A DNA stretch of 59,033 nucleotides, the filler included, from Sphacelaria rigidula (lineage: Eukaryota), in assembly GCA_964200075.2 (NCBI GenBank). It is 8 parts of 8 records of this genome, joined end to end, with 100 filler letters (N's around TTAATTAATTAA, not from the genome) between each part and the next. Parts side by side here need not be neighbours in the genome. Positions count along the whole stretch, not along the records: positions 22,177 to 29,468 come from CAXNAA020015594.1; positions 29,569 to 36,860 come from CAXNAA020015595.1; 6 more parts are not named here. The stretch is one strand, 5' to 3'. The notes beneath the pieces are model-generated. The model was given only the letters and a program-made list of their open reading frames with translations. It ran no database searches and was not told the DNA's origin. Below, piece by piece: positions 22,177 through 35,365 of this stretch (position 1 is the stretch's first letter; the number at the start of each line of letters is the position of its first letter). Position numbers and translations under genes: made by a program.

Positions 22177-25100
22177 AGGTCAGGGAAAGCACGGCTTTTG
22201 AGTTGAACCTCATTTTCTTTTTCAACCCCATTTTCGAAAATCGGCTGTTATGGAGAAAAAAAATGAAGGCCCATTTTTTATTTTATTTGGCACACTTTTG
22301 TGGTTCTCGATGCTAACTTTCAAATCACAATCTTAAACATTGAGCTAAAACATTGAGATAAGGCCAAAAAAAATAATGCCCATTTCTCCTCAAAAACCCC
22401 ACTAAAAACACGAAAAAAATGAAAAAAAGATACCAACCTGTTTTTGTTTTCTTGTTATTATGCACTAGCGGTTCACCACACGAAAGCTTATGGAACGACT
22501 CTCAAAAACTGAGACGCAAGATATATCCAGATTTAGGGCATCTAGTACCTCTGCTTGTAATAAATTGATTTTAGTATAGAAACTTATGTGCGCCATATTA
22601 TCTCGGGATAGATATGAATTGGGTGAAGGTGAGGGTATCTGTCGTCTCCCCTTGCTCCAGGGAATGTCCACACCAAAATTCGTCGTCATCCGCTGAGTGC
22701 ATCGATCGAGGGTTTCATATAGATTTTAGTATAGACGCCTCTCCGTCAGGTATAGGAATTACTAGACATGGGATTGAATCAATGAATAAATATGGGCCCA
22801 AACTTTCGAGTAGATGGGCACCTTGCCCTTGGTTACACGATTAATACGATATGCGGATCACGGCCCAACTCGTCTGTGTCGATGAGTTATTGCTTTTACA
22901 GCTTAAACACGTTTTTAGGCTGGCCCAGCTCCTACAAAAATAATACACGACCCAGGCGGTTGTGTTGAAAGTGTGGACCATTCGCTCGGAGGGATACTTC
23001 AGTTTGTGCGGCAACATAATAACATGTTCTCATTTGTTAATTCTCGATTTATCGTATGCAGCTATCGACAAGGCCATGTCCTTTACCTCAGTTGTTGTGC
23101 TAATGTCAACTCGCACCCAACATATTGCATAGTGTACATGCTTTGAACGTTTCAAAGTTTCGGGGAGATACCAAATTTTCCTTTTTCTACATGATTATAC
23201 ACAGGAATCTGGATGATGAAACTCCTCATTCAACATGATACCGTACCACATTTCAGAACATCGAAGGCGACATGAATATAGAACCAACAGGGAGAGATGA
23301 TGGGAATTTTACATGCAATACTGCACGCGCCAGGCGTTCCGTTGACGTTCTACGGTATTGTATGCAGTACGATGGGGTCCGCGACGGTGAACTTACTCAA
23401 AGCTATACCAGTATGCAGTACACGCAGTCGAGAAATGATGCGTGAAGATTAGTTTCTTCAACACTCGATATTGATCCATATCAGATGCGACCCGCTTTCT
23501 TCGACGATATCGAATCTATGACTCATTATACTACCGGTTTCCAGCAAAATCGACGGCGGAAACATGTTCGCGCGGGGTTCGGGATACTCATGCGATGTGA
23601 CACAGCAGCACCGGCCCTTGGGCGTCCTGACGGCACCGCTTCACCCTCTGCACTGCAATGGAAGCTACGGCGTGGCGTCACCAGCCTCCCGTTTGACACG
23701 ATTCCACATGGGATTTTCCACATACGTCTTGTGAAGTCCTGGTCTTTCCTTTCGTGCCAAGTGAAATCCGTGATCGTGTGCGACGTTCAACTTTATCTAT
23801 TTTTATGGAAACCGTGGGCGTAGGAGCGTCAGCAATGACGCGCCCCTTTGCCCTCCTGGGCGAGCCAATGATAGCACGTTACCATCCGCACAGTATTCCT
23901 TCTACGACTTCTGTAGCCCTTTTGTCGCCTGCGTAGCATCACGAGCTCATAGACCGTGGGTGCCTGAATCGTGTGCTATTAACAGCACTGCCGCGGTAAT
24001 ATATAAAAACGCCAAGTACTAGTAACTGCATGGAATGTCGACACTGCATCATGTGGCTGGTTTGTAGTAGTACTTCCATATATCAAGTACAAAGTGGTAG
24101 CGCAAGGGCGCGGTATCGCTTGGATCCGCCTCTCATAGTTCTGGATCATGCAACCCCGTTTACCGCGGTCCGTTAGATCGTGTAGACCACATACGGGTTC
24201 ACACCAGCATGCGGCAGAAAAAAGAGCGGATGGAAAACCTTGATCTACGGACCACCGTTCATCATTGCTAAGCAGGCATGTTGTTTACTGACTAACGCAC
24301 CGATATCGTCCACAAAAAGAATCTCGGGAAGATCTATCGCCCCTGTGTCTAACCGGTCAATCGCCGAAATGAATACACTTAGACACACAAACATATATAT
24401 GTAGGTGGTCTATACTGTGTGGTACAGCGAGTGCCTTATTGAAGCTGATGGTGTTGTAGATAATGGTCCCGCCACAAAACGTAAGTTCGCTCTTCCTTCC
24501 GTTCATGAAACATACTACTCGAGCCCACGTGTCGAGGATTTTTTTCCCTCAAAGAATGAAGCGCCGCTACTGGCGGTCTCCCGGAGACCACAGTTCTTTT
24601 GCCACGGGGTTCCTCTGTGACACCATGCATGCCTTTACACGTGAGTAACAAGAAAGTCGAAGACGTTCGCATCGCCGGCGGCGTCGGGGATTGTTCAACC
24701 TTTGGACCGCCGGGGTGGGTCATCTGGATCACGCGCTCATTTTCAAGTGACAATGAGGGGTAAGACACGAATGACCAGCCATACAACCGTCCATACATCA
24801 GTGAGCACTGCAAAACTACCGACCAAGGACACCATCAACAAACAAGCAGGGGTACATCAGTTTCCATGTTTGCCCAATTTTCTTGCATTCATCTCTAGTC
24901 GGGTACAAAACGGCTAATATGCTCTCGCTCATTTCAACCTTGGATTCCTCGCGAGCTGTTGTTGCTGTTTGTATACTGAAGGGAACGATATATACAGAAT
25001 GCACCCAGCAGATCATCAACCAGTTAGTCGACTACCATCGCCGCACGGCTCCGCCGAGACAAAAAATTCGCCCCTTTCCCCTGATTCGTTGTGCGCCGCA

Positions 25101-26219
25101 GTACAGCAGTAGTACCGCCACGACTGTGGCTACCGTTGCAGTGCATATGGCGTGTATTGGTTTGATCTATTTGCTAAAAGTATCATGGTTGGTCGCGCTT
25201 CGACGGACATCCGACGCTGTTTCGTCAATCGGAACAGTTGTCAGCACTATCCTGTGACACACCGTAACGGGCCGATGCCTAATCGACAGGAGAGTAAGTT
25301 CACAAGACGGATCGGAAGTCTTCTCCCGATGGAAACGATGGTATCATATTCGAGATGCGAAAATGCGTCGAAATATTGTAAGAAGGGGTGTGTGCTGGCA
25401 AGGTATTTGAAAATAGGGTCGCTCAACCGTTTTTCTACAGAGTGCGCCCCACTGCATGAAAACCGTAAGACCTGGGGATATTCCACCCACCATCGGTTGT
25501 GACATCCTCCTTTGATACCGCACAATTCGGACTACCGCAAACGAGTTTCTTGGGTATTTTTATACCGCGTACAATAATACAGGACGGTGCGAGTGAGAAA
25601 AAGTGTTGCGACATCTTTGGTGGGCATCCTAGTCGAGCTGGATTCCTGACATGTGCATGTATGATTCCTCCGAAATACGGGCTTCATTCAGCTGTATCAT
25701 CGGCATCTTTGCTCTCTCCATCACCACAACAGGCAGCGTGCTATACTTGCGAGCATTGGCACTCACACCGTAATCATTATTGGAAAAGGAGAAGCATGAC
25801 TCTCTCCGGCGGTACTTTATGTGCCAAGCTGTACTGCCGCCAACTTCCAATGAACCAGCTTTGTATAGGCACAACCTCTGTCGAAGTACGCCCCCGTCTT
25901 TCCCACTCAACTTGTGTGGTTGCATCCGTTTCACACCTTGGAAAATAGACGGTTGATAGTTGCAATGGACAAGAATTGTACTGCTTAAAGTTTAGGCATA
26001 TCGGTCGACAATAGTCGCAATAGGCCTATATATACCATTAAGTGGCACACTTCGTGTCCATCGTAACTATTGACGATATATTGTCCAAGGTGTGATCCGT
26101 TCCAATTATGTGTCACAAGTTCGGTGTCTACGCCCGCTACGCCATCGCCCCCTCTGCTGCCAAAGATTTTTCGATTTTTCATTTCACCCATTTCGTGGTT
26201 ATTTAACCCTCTCCTGTTA

Positions 26220-26670
26220 AACACGGGATCTTACAAATTGGGGATGGATCTTCCATTAGGGATGAGAAACCCGGAGAATGAAAATCTTCGTATCCACACC
26301 AAATCTTCGGAATATGGTTCCATTTCTTCACCTACTTCTAGCTTTTGACAACTACTACCACACGTCATGTAAATTTGGATCTCGATAATGACCGAAATGT
26401 TGGGGTTTTAAGTGAAGAATCAGTTTTGGTGGATTTCGGATGTCCGAACGGACGGCAAAATGGTTCCGAAATTGGTTTTTCACCTAGGACCCCAACATTT
26501 CAGTAATCGGAATCCAAATTTTATTTGGCGTGTAGCAGTTATCAATAGCTATCAGTAGGGGAATAAATGGAACCATATTTCGAAGATTTGGTGTGGATAC
26601 GAAGATATTCATTCTCCGGGTTTTTCATGCCCAACAAAAGATCCATCCCCAATTTGTAAGATCCCGTGTT
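26220..26670. mobile_element. 451-bp foldback element (long-TIR MITE) with ~200-bp inverted arms
   Basis: AACACGGGATCTTACAAATTGGG...CCCAATTTGTAAGATCCCGTGTT; arms pair almost to the centre; the ORF track shows the same peptide (NTGSYKLGMDL..GM.NPENE.LRIHTKSS) on both strands; flanks GTTA/GTCA. Confidence 0.92.
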
Positions 26671-27328
26671 GTCAGCACTCTGTGGAATCTGCCACGACTG
26701 AGAGCTCAATATTGCCTCGCACCCGCTGCGACAACCTCGGGCTTCACGATACTCCCCGCACATATATATTCAAGAAAATACTGCTGCGTAGCATGCGTTG
26801 CAACATCATGCATGCGGTAATTGCGGTGTTGCTTAGGCAAATCAGACTGCTGTAAATTTGTGCAGATCCTACGTGAGTTGGGTGGAAATGGGGCCGTGTC
26901 TTGTCGAGACCAAGAAAAGAAGCGGGAGAAGAAACAGGCATCGAAATGTAGCATGTTGATAAGTCGCCGCCACCATAGACCCGCCCGGCGATGAATCCAC
27001 GTGCTGCTTTTGGACGCTTGTTCCTTTTCCCGCCCTTTTTTTGGTCAAGAGAAGACATGACCTAAGAAATGAGTTTCAGCATTCAGTCGTGACTGACGAA
27101 GCATCGGGTCCCCTCTATAAAATTCGTCATCATGGACTCATCTTACTTGGCACAATAACTCACGGTGTATGTAGAGAACAGTCAGCGGTGAAAAACATGT
27201 ACTGCCGTCGCTGGCGCGTTTAGTTTGAAAATGTCCCAAGAAGTACCAGTAACAGTCTCGTACGGTCTTATTCAGCATCTTCATCTTTTTTGCATCTGGA
27301 AAGAAACGGGACTACTACAGTACTATAT

Positions 27329-27430
27329 TGCTGCTGCTGCTGCTCCTGCTGCTGCTAACACCACCACCACCACCACCACCACCACCACCACCACCACCAC
27401 CACCACTACTGCTGCCGCTGCTGCTGCTGC
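27329..27430. repeat. Compound trinucleotide microsatellite (GCT)n-(CAC)n-(GCT)n
   Basis: Directly visible. Confidence 0.95.
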
Positions 27431-27499
27431 GACACACGCACATATATATATATGACTGTCATCATAAACGAACGGTATACTGTATACACTATAGATCCA

Positions 27500-28080
27500 A
27501 CACACCACAACAGTTCGATAACCTCCTAAGTAGGGTATAGTCTCTTCGTTCTCATGTTACGAGAACAATGCTTCTAATGTATGGGTGCTGCCATTACCAG
27601 TTGGAGCAGCGCCAAAATATATGGTTCGATAATATCTTCATATATATATTACAGTATGTTACTAGAACAACACAATACAGCGCCGTGGTACGAAAGAAGG
27701 ACTGCTATAACCATAACTAATACTTCAAAAGTCTATCATTTGATTTATCTGTTGTTACAAGAACCAGATTACTATTTGGCAGCGCTCATGGACGGGCAGA
27801 GGAGTACAGCACCATTCTGTAGTTCGAAAGTCTCTTCATATATGTCACGAGAACAACACAATACCATATTCATGGCTGCCATCACGAACGAAAGTGGAGC
27901 AGTACCATACTATTCTTCGAAAAAATATTTGTATCTATCAACAGAACAGCAATGTATACTATATATATATATATGGCTACCATCATCATGAATATAGACG
28001 TTGCGTATGAGGTTTGTGAAATTTTGGTAGCAGCGACGGTTCAGTTCGAAAGCTTTTCAATAGATACCAAGATAATGACA
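27500..28080 (+). repeat. Degenerate tandem repeat, unit ~95-100 bp
   Basis: Recurring gttcga(a/t)a...tcttcatatat...gttac.agaacaa...ggctgccat...agcag(c/t)(g/a)cca blocks. Confidence 0.55.
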
Positions 28081-28622
28081 CTGTAAAACAGCTGTCGTCA
28101 TGGGCAAGAGGGCTGCATTCAATATATAATATATACGTACCCCCGCTGCGTCCCACCTCCAGCCGTTTGGCCGTTCGGTCGATCAGCAGCAGCACCGCAT
28201 GGAAACGGGTACTTTCGTCATTCTGCATGAACACACAGTATTGTACATATCGTAGTACGTGTTGTCCTCTTCCCAGGTGGAAATGCCATCACATGCTGCT
28301 CGTAGCAGTACTTGGTTGCCGCGCGTCGTGTAAGGCATCCACAAATTCGCCACTTCCGTCAGGTGGTTTCTTTGATGGTGTGTATTTATGCGTCCCTCGT
28401 AAGGTATTGTCCATGGCGCGTGCTTCTGAAAACCTCCGAACAGGATTCGAGGGTCGTGGTGGCAGCGTGACTGTACAATGCACACCCCTTCCAGTCTCTC
28501 ACGTCTCTCCGGCACCTTCCGACATATTTGGCACACGCTCCCAACGCCTCACATACCTCGACGCAAGAGAAACCGACCTACCCAGCAGCATCATCACAGA
28601 GGGAATAAAACGACAACGATCA

Positions 28623-28760
28623 ATGTCTGCGTGTACCGCGAACGACCGGAGCAGCCAAGGCCTACGAGGCGCGGCTACTAGCCTACTGCTCATACTCTTG
28701 CTGCGGACGTTTGGTGCGGAGAGCACGACCATCGCCGTAGGACCAACTGATTCTATCCAG
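28623..28760 (+). CDS. First coding exon of a secreted protein, probably right-handed beta-helix (pectin-lyase-like)
   Basis: ATG at 28623; hydrophobic signal core (TSLLLILLLRTFGAES); then TTIAVGPTDSIQ, resembling the V.P.DSIQ.A cap of beta-helix proteins; strong donor CAG|GTATGT at 28761. Confidence 0.55.
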
Positions 28761-29468
28761 GTATGTTCCGCATACTGTACCCCAAGCTTGGCAGATACAA
28801 ATGGTTTGAACGGTAGACAGGCGCCCAAGTGTTTTCTTCATCCCGTCGATGATGTCGGCCATCAAATGACTTTTCCCTCCCCCCTGCGCGCCGTGACCAA
28901 TGCCTCGTGGCAAAGAAGCACGCCATCTAGAGTCGAAAAAGGGCCGACGGTGGGTGCGGACTATGAAACGATGGTATGACTTTTTCATGGCGCGGAAACC
29001 AAAGAGGTTACGTCGAGATTTCATCAAGAAAAATCAAACCTCGTGCTCTCCATTATGATAGTTCTTTATCAACGTTCTGTCAATGCTGATGTGTGTGCGG
29101 TGGTGGTTGTATAGGCCGAGTTTCCCATTTGTACGCTACACGACCACTTCTAAGCGTCTGGTCTGCGCCTGTGTGGTGCAGGGTGAGGAGGTGTTGTCCT
29201 TTTTATCAACATTCCAGACGACATGGTCCAGCAGCCGCAAACTCTGTGTCGTTACGCGTGTGGCCAGAGGTGGTCGATTATTATTGTTGAAGCATGCTGG
29301 CATGCTGCAATGCCTTGAAAGTCAAGACTTACGAGGTGGACCACTGTGTCAGCAGATGCTAGAGTGATTTCACAATTATTGGGAGGGGGGGGGGGGGGGG
29401 CTTGTGCAGAACATTTGTATGAACCGTTGTGCCCCACCAGAGCTCCAAACCACACCCGACTGGATCTC

Positions 29469-29568
29469 NNNNNNNNNNNNNNNNNNNNNNNNNNNNNNNN
29501 NNNNNNNNNNNNTTAATTAATTAANNNNNNNNNNNNNNNNNNNNNNNNNNNNNNNNNNNNNNNNNNNN
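29469..29568. other. Artificial contig linker
   Basis: N44-TTAATTAATTAA-N44. Confidence 0.99.
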
Positions 29569-30550
29569 ACCCAGCGAAATCCCGTCACCACATGTGGAAG
29601 GCACAGTGGGTTGTGCGGGCGGTACATGGCGGGTGTAATCGCAGGCGTCCGAACAGGCGATATACATGTACACGGGAGGGAGCCGACGGACACCGCCTAC
29701 CGTAATCAGGCCAGATGGAAAACACTACAGTCAGTAAATACAGTAGGTTACAGTATTGACTTGTGGCTACACTCCGTGCAAGATGAATATGGGCATGTCG
29801 TGAAAAGTCGGCCACGAGAGTAAGCGGCACGAGACGATAGCGGTAGCCGGCGTCATGAATCTCATGCAGCATGGAGTGTGTCTATGCAACGGTCAGGAAC
29901 GATCAACCCTCGGTATAGATGTGGTGGGGCAACCGTGCCTTTCGCTAGGCCGTTGTGTAATAGTCAGCCCGAAGTATGATGTTGTCGGCACGTACTTGGC
30001 AGAGCGCAGTTCTGTGCATGCCCCGCGTTTTACAGAGATATTTTCAGAATACAATACAGACATGACACGAAGCAGTAAGGTATCACCCCAGGGGCGACGG
30101 CACTTTGCAGACTCTACACCACAGTGACGGTGCATAACTGCAGGGCACATGGCGTCTGTGTCGCCTTTACCCATTTTTCAAAGGGCGGGATGGTGCTGTC
30201 GGAACGTGCATGAGCGCGATATTGTGCATGACGTGAGTCTGCAGTCGAGATTACCCCAAACTGCTGTAAACACACCCAGTACTGTACAGGGCAGTGTCGC
30301 AGCACCCCCGGCGGCACGGAAAGGTGACTGCCTGGGATTGTATTACACCGCCAGTTCATACATTTAGCGAATGTGCCATCGGCGTTACCCTTGTTGCTAT
30401 GACACTGCAAAGAGTATAAACTGCAGCGGGCAGGGCGTGCAGGTCAGGCGGGGAGCACGCTTCACACAGGCCTGCCGCGCACTGTGGCCGGGGAAGGACC
30501 TCATGAGTGTAGAAAAAAACGCCGACAGGTCGCAGCAAGAAAATAGGAAA
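29569..30550 (+). mobile_element. Decayed RTE-clade LINE, post-RT C-terminal region (frameshifted)
   Basis: Ordered fragments PPTVIRPDGKHYSQ, RHESHAAWS, GQPCLSLGRCVIVSPKYDVVGTYL and QGVQVRRGARFTQAC follow the RTE order (..GQKY.Q..F.YLG; R..AAW; DRP.A.L.LK..LLK..V..TLL; V..GA.RFM..W). Confidence 0.65.
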
Positions 30551-32779
30551 CCTTCTCTTGTTCCACTTGTCACTCGTACGGGTCTGAAAAATACGTGTTT
30601 GGCCAAAATTGTTGCGTCCTAGCTGTGAACCATCAACCATATCTTGCTCAAAAACCATCAATTGCAAATGATCAATTTTCCATTGTGAGTTCCACAAGGG
30701 TTAAGAGCGACTTTGATCACTCGCTTCAACTCAGGTAATTTTCCGTTCCGTGTGTGCTTTTCTTTGCTTCCATAACTGGCGTGTGCTTACAGCTACACGT
30801 CGATATCCTACTCGGGGAGATCAAGGACCTCTGTGGCAAGCTACAACAGAAAGCATGTCCGGCCTCGTGAAGGGGCATTTCGAAAATGAAACACTTCATT
30901 TATGAATTGACCGCTTTTCACTCTCAATCGCATCCTCTACTCCCAGTCTCACGACAACATTGTTACCTCTGGCGGTAATAGGGTTTACGAGGACCTGGGG
31001 TAATGTGAAGAATTTCAACTCATGGGCTACGCCTTGATCGGTGTGTCACGTCTGGTGGCGATTGGGCGCGTTTGTTCAATTTTCTTTGTATATTTTCGTC
31101 CGGCAGAGCCGAGACCGCATCTCGAAAGGGGCAGGAGGACCGCGCGCCGTCATGTGCTGGACGACGGGACGAGCAGAAAAATGCCAAGCTGAAGCAAAGC
31201 AACGAAAAAGATGACGAGGTTCGAATGGGTCACCGATCACACGGATATCGATTTTTAATTCAAGAATGACTCGTCCCTTGTGACTCGCCACGAATTCGTG
31301 TGCATGGCGCTTATAAATCTGGAGCGCAAAAGTTCCGTTCGTCTTAGCGGACAGTCTTGAGCTGCGTTCCATCGCTCCGACTAGGGGTCCCCCACGAGGT
31401 GTTTTCGTTACGTCTACACGCATGGATATCGTAGACGTAGCATGATATACGCGAGCAACAATGCCACGGTAGGAGTGCACTTGTGTTCCCGGGGCTCTTT
31501 GTTGCAGCAGCCTCTCAATGACAAATATCTGGGACTTAGTCTGCAGCCTCAACTATAGCTCTTGGACTGAAAATTTCATCCCCTACCGTGGTATCACTCA
31601 CGTCTTGAATGTCGTGAAAGTAGAGCGGACGAGAACATGCACGTTTCCTGGGTGATTGTGCGGGATCTGTGGCAGGTTACAGGGCCCTCCCGCTAGGGGG
31701 CACTCTTCAGATTAGGGACACCGGGACCGGGATAGGGACACCGGGGGCACCTCTTCAATTACACGTGTGATGCCATGATTCTCTCGTACTTGTTGCTCGA
31801 CATAGTTGCTTTCCTCTACAACCATCCGGTCACTTACCCCTACGGCCGATGACATCCTAGTTTTCCCCGGCATGCGCTCTTGGGCCGCTGCTTGACTTAC
31901 TCGACCACACAGAATAAATCAAGCGGTGAGGAGCGTCCGCGCCGAAAGCAGACAATAAATGGATACATCAAGGGGGACAGGGTCGGACGAGGCGGGTTTG
32001 GCACGGTGAGCACATCCGGGGGCGCGCAGTACAAATAACTTCAAGCAGCTATCAATAACGGTTCCGTTTTCATTCTCCCGTGATCGCTTTTCTGGGTTGG
32101 TTCTGCCCCCCGTACGATGACATCAGTCAAGGGATAATGTGTTGATCGATTTGTTGATTGGTTGATTGATTTATTGTCGCACTTTCACTGATCCCCGAGG
32201 GGTCCAGCAGTGATTTTATGCTGTGTTGGAAACACCGAAAACTACATCCAATTAAGGGGGATGCTACGGTACGGGTGTACGAATATTTTGTGAGGTTGGA
32301 GTTGTCAGGAGCCCTTTATCTCACCCGACACACGACTCATAAAATATGTCATGGTCCGTCAGGATTACTATTCCAATGTGCAAGGGTATCCCGAATGAAT
32401 TTGAAAATGGGGATGCCCTGACCCATATTCTTGTGTGTGTAGAATCGTTGGGAGCCCCTGAACCAGACAACATTTTGCGCAAAATGTGCACCCCTACCGT
32501 GGCATTGCTCTTAGCGGGATACCAAAGAAGCGGAAAAAGCAAGAGCAGTTTCAGAGTCAGAGTGGAAGCTTGTGAGACTTCAGTGTGAACTCGGAAACGT
32601 TCAGAACAGAGAAGCTGACGTAAGGTGGCTCGACGGTTCTTTTTTTGTCGCAGTGAACGGCGGCAGGTTGCCCCGCCAAATATGCGATCGACCAGCATCC
32701 GCTTTTGAAGTGCATATATAGGTCAGCACAACAATGTACAGCAGCAGTGATTCTGTATTGCGCCGTACCCTGCGGCACC

Positions 32780-32910
32780 GCATCGTACCGTACACTACGC
32801 TTCACTGCACTTGCACTACTTCACTGCACTACAGTGCAGTGCAGGGTACTGTAGTATTGTGTAGTGTAGAGTACAGAGGCAGTGCACTATAATGCAATGC
32901 AGAACTCTAC
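32780..32910. repeat. Pentamer (CACTR)n switching to (YAGTG)n, self-complementary
   Basis: cactacgcttcactgcacttgcactacttcactgcactac followed by agtgcagtgcag...tgtagtgtag. Confidence 0.7.
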
Positions 32911-33700
32911 GACACGTTGCAGTACGATGAAATCTAGTGATATCTCAGAGACAATACGGCAGCACTTCCAAAGAACAGACAATACTGCATTGAAATGCGT
33001 TTGCAACATGCCATCCATTTCGGTGGTGCAAGACATTATGCCCTCTAACGGAACGGTAATGCAACCAGATGCAACGTTGCTTGTGCGCTGTAGTAGAAGG
33101 AATCGTTCGCACCGCCTTCTTCCTGCTGAGGTTTTTGGCAAAGATTGAAGAGCTGAACCCAAGGCAATGTCTTCAACGCGCCGAGTATTTGAATCTCACG
33201 CAACGAAACCAAGCGAATGCTGATACCATGGCGGCGGCAGGGAGGTCCTCTGTTTGCGATGCCAAGCGTTGCTACTTCGTCACTGGTGCATTGTGATAAG
33301 CACGTCCCCGTTCGCGTGTTAGGGAGTATCGATTGAGAACTGACTGTGACGGTGGCGGTGCGGGTGGTGGGGATGCCGTTTCGTCCCGTACTGAAGGCTG
33401 AAGAGGCACATCGGATTTCAGCGTGGAGTTCTCGAAACAGGGCTTCATGTGCCGCTGAAAAGCTGATGTTGACGCTGAACCATTTTTTTCAGTGTCCAAT
33501 TTATACCATTACCGGATCTTCCCTCTTCCGTCCCGATCCTTAAATGCGGACAAACATTTTCCGAAACTCACGCCGCTTCATCTGACAGTTCGACCTGCAG
33601 CTTGATTCGGCAAAGCAACGAATCGGTCGAGTGTAAGAAGAGTTGTATCATCGGGGCAACTACTGAATGAGTCGAGAGAAATATCTCCAGCACGCGAGAT

Positions 33701-34088
33701 ACCGGCCGATCCGGTGGCTCGGTTGGTAACCTTGGAAGCTTCTGTTGGTTGGGTCGTGCGTTCGAATCGCTGTCACACGATCTGAGATTTTTTGTCACAT
33801 CATGCCCAACAGTGGAGGGCGATCACGTCGTCGGTGCACAGGTTTCGACTTCACGGCCGACGAGGGAAAGGGACCACTGAGCCCCTCTTGCGATCAAAAA
33901 TGAAGGAAAGCACCGCAGAAGGGAGGTGAAGTACTAGAAACAAAAGATAAAATAATAAAGAACAAAGAAGAAAGAAAAAAGCTCCTTTCTTGGCCTCCCT
34001 CCTGTGTGACCCCGGCTGATGCGCCCACACACACCGAAAGGTGTAGACTGGCGTGCAGAATAGATGGAACGACAGCATACACACAAAC

Positions 34089-34179
<91 letters not shown>
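33701..34179 (+). mobile_element. tRNA-derived SINE, copy 2, with a ~100-bp (CA)n tail
   Basis: A box TGGCTCGGTTGG, B box GTTCGAATC (33760-33768); colinear with 13584-13939. Confidence 0.9.
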
Positions 34180-34180
<1 letters not shown>

Positions 34181-34199
34181 GGGGGCGAGTAACGAGGAG

Positions 34200-35000
34200 T
34201 CGAGAGGGTAGAGACGAAAGTGAGAACCTACAGCATGAAGAAGTGGGATATATAGTTTATGCTACGGGGACTCTGGTTTGCTGAGATAAATTACAACTTG
34301 GGATACTCCTACTGCTATCATTCTCCTGATGTGATGGGGTATGCAGGCGTGCAAGCAAGCACACTGGCGAGATGGGCAGGGCCGTCAATCCGAACAATCT
34401 GCCCAAGATATTTGTCGTGTGTCCACCACAAATCCGCATCCCAAGCTCGTAATCTCACACAATAGATGGGTTGATACCTACTTGATCTCTGGAGCTAAGA
34501 CTCTTGTTCCTTCGAATTATTTACCGCTCTACTCAAAGCTCTTTTAACCGTCTCACCGGACCGGTTGGTTTGCGTTGCGTCGCCTTCCAAGCTAAGGTCG
34601 TGAGTGACTCGGCACCTGAGACGCTAGCCATAGACGCCTTCCAACCTTATGACAGTAGCCCACCCAGACGAGCCTCGGTTACACTAAGGCCCAGCTATTT
34701 GTCATCGCGAGGCTCCTACAGCAAAGAGCCCCAGAAAGCAAAAATGCACCCCTACCCTGGAATTGCTCCTGGAGGCATAGCCGAATGTAAATTGGGACGA
34801 TTGTTGTAAGAACCGTTCAGGGGTAGCTTCGTGCAGTGCAATGGACGCAAGAAACGAGCTCGATCGAGCTGGGTGGATGTTGCTTGACCCGAAGTGGACA
34901 AATTCAGACCAGAGTTGTCGTTGTTGTTGTATCGGCGGTCGCGATGGGACCGAGCGATTCTTTCTGTGATAGCCCCTCCCCTCTACACTCTTGGGTCGGC
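34200..35000 (+). mobile_element. Highly decayed LINE ORF2 C-terminal relic
   Basis: Fragments PDVMGYAG, PRYLSC...RNL..MG and KMHPYPGIAPGGIAECKL fall in the order expected for P.LEY.G, KILGC...RAELG and CPCG..E...HIVGEC; many stops. Confidence 0.4.
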
Positions 35001-35365
35001 GTAGAGTGGCAACGGCGCTGTATAACAGGCCGCCAAGACCTAGACATTGAATATACAGACTGTCACCGTACATATACCAGAGACCGCCGACTGACGAAGA
35101 AAGTCTCAGACCGACAGACACAACAGACGTGCAAACCTGTATAACCCAATTTGTTTCCCCCCAGAAACACAAAAAATGGATAAAGACATGATACACCAAA
35201 GCTGGCCTGTTTTTTTCATCTTTTTCCTCCCCCAACTTTACTACTTCCTTTTCCTTAGCCACTGTGCTTTTTCCCTACCCTTTTGGTCTTTTTCTTCTCC
35301 CTTCTTCTCTTTCTCTACATTCCTTCTTTCACGTTCTGTTTGTTTGTTTCTCTGATACCATATCA

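Noticed and set aside
35085..35125. Penelope-type minimal hammerhead (CTGACGAAG...CCGAC)
   Set aside because: Lacks the CGAAA core and a pairable stem II
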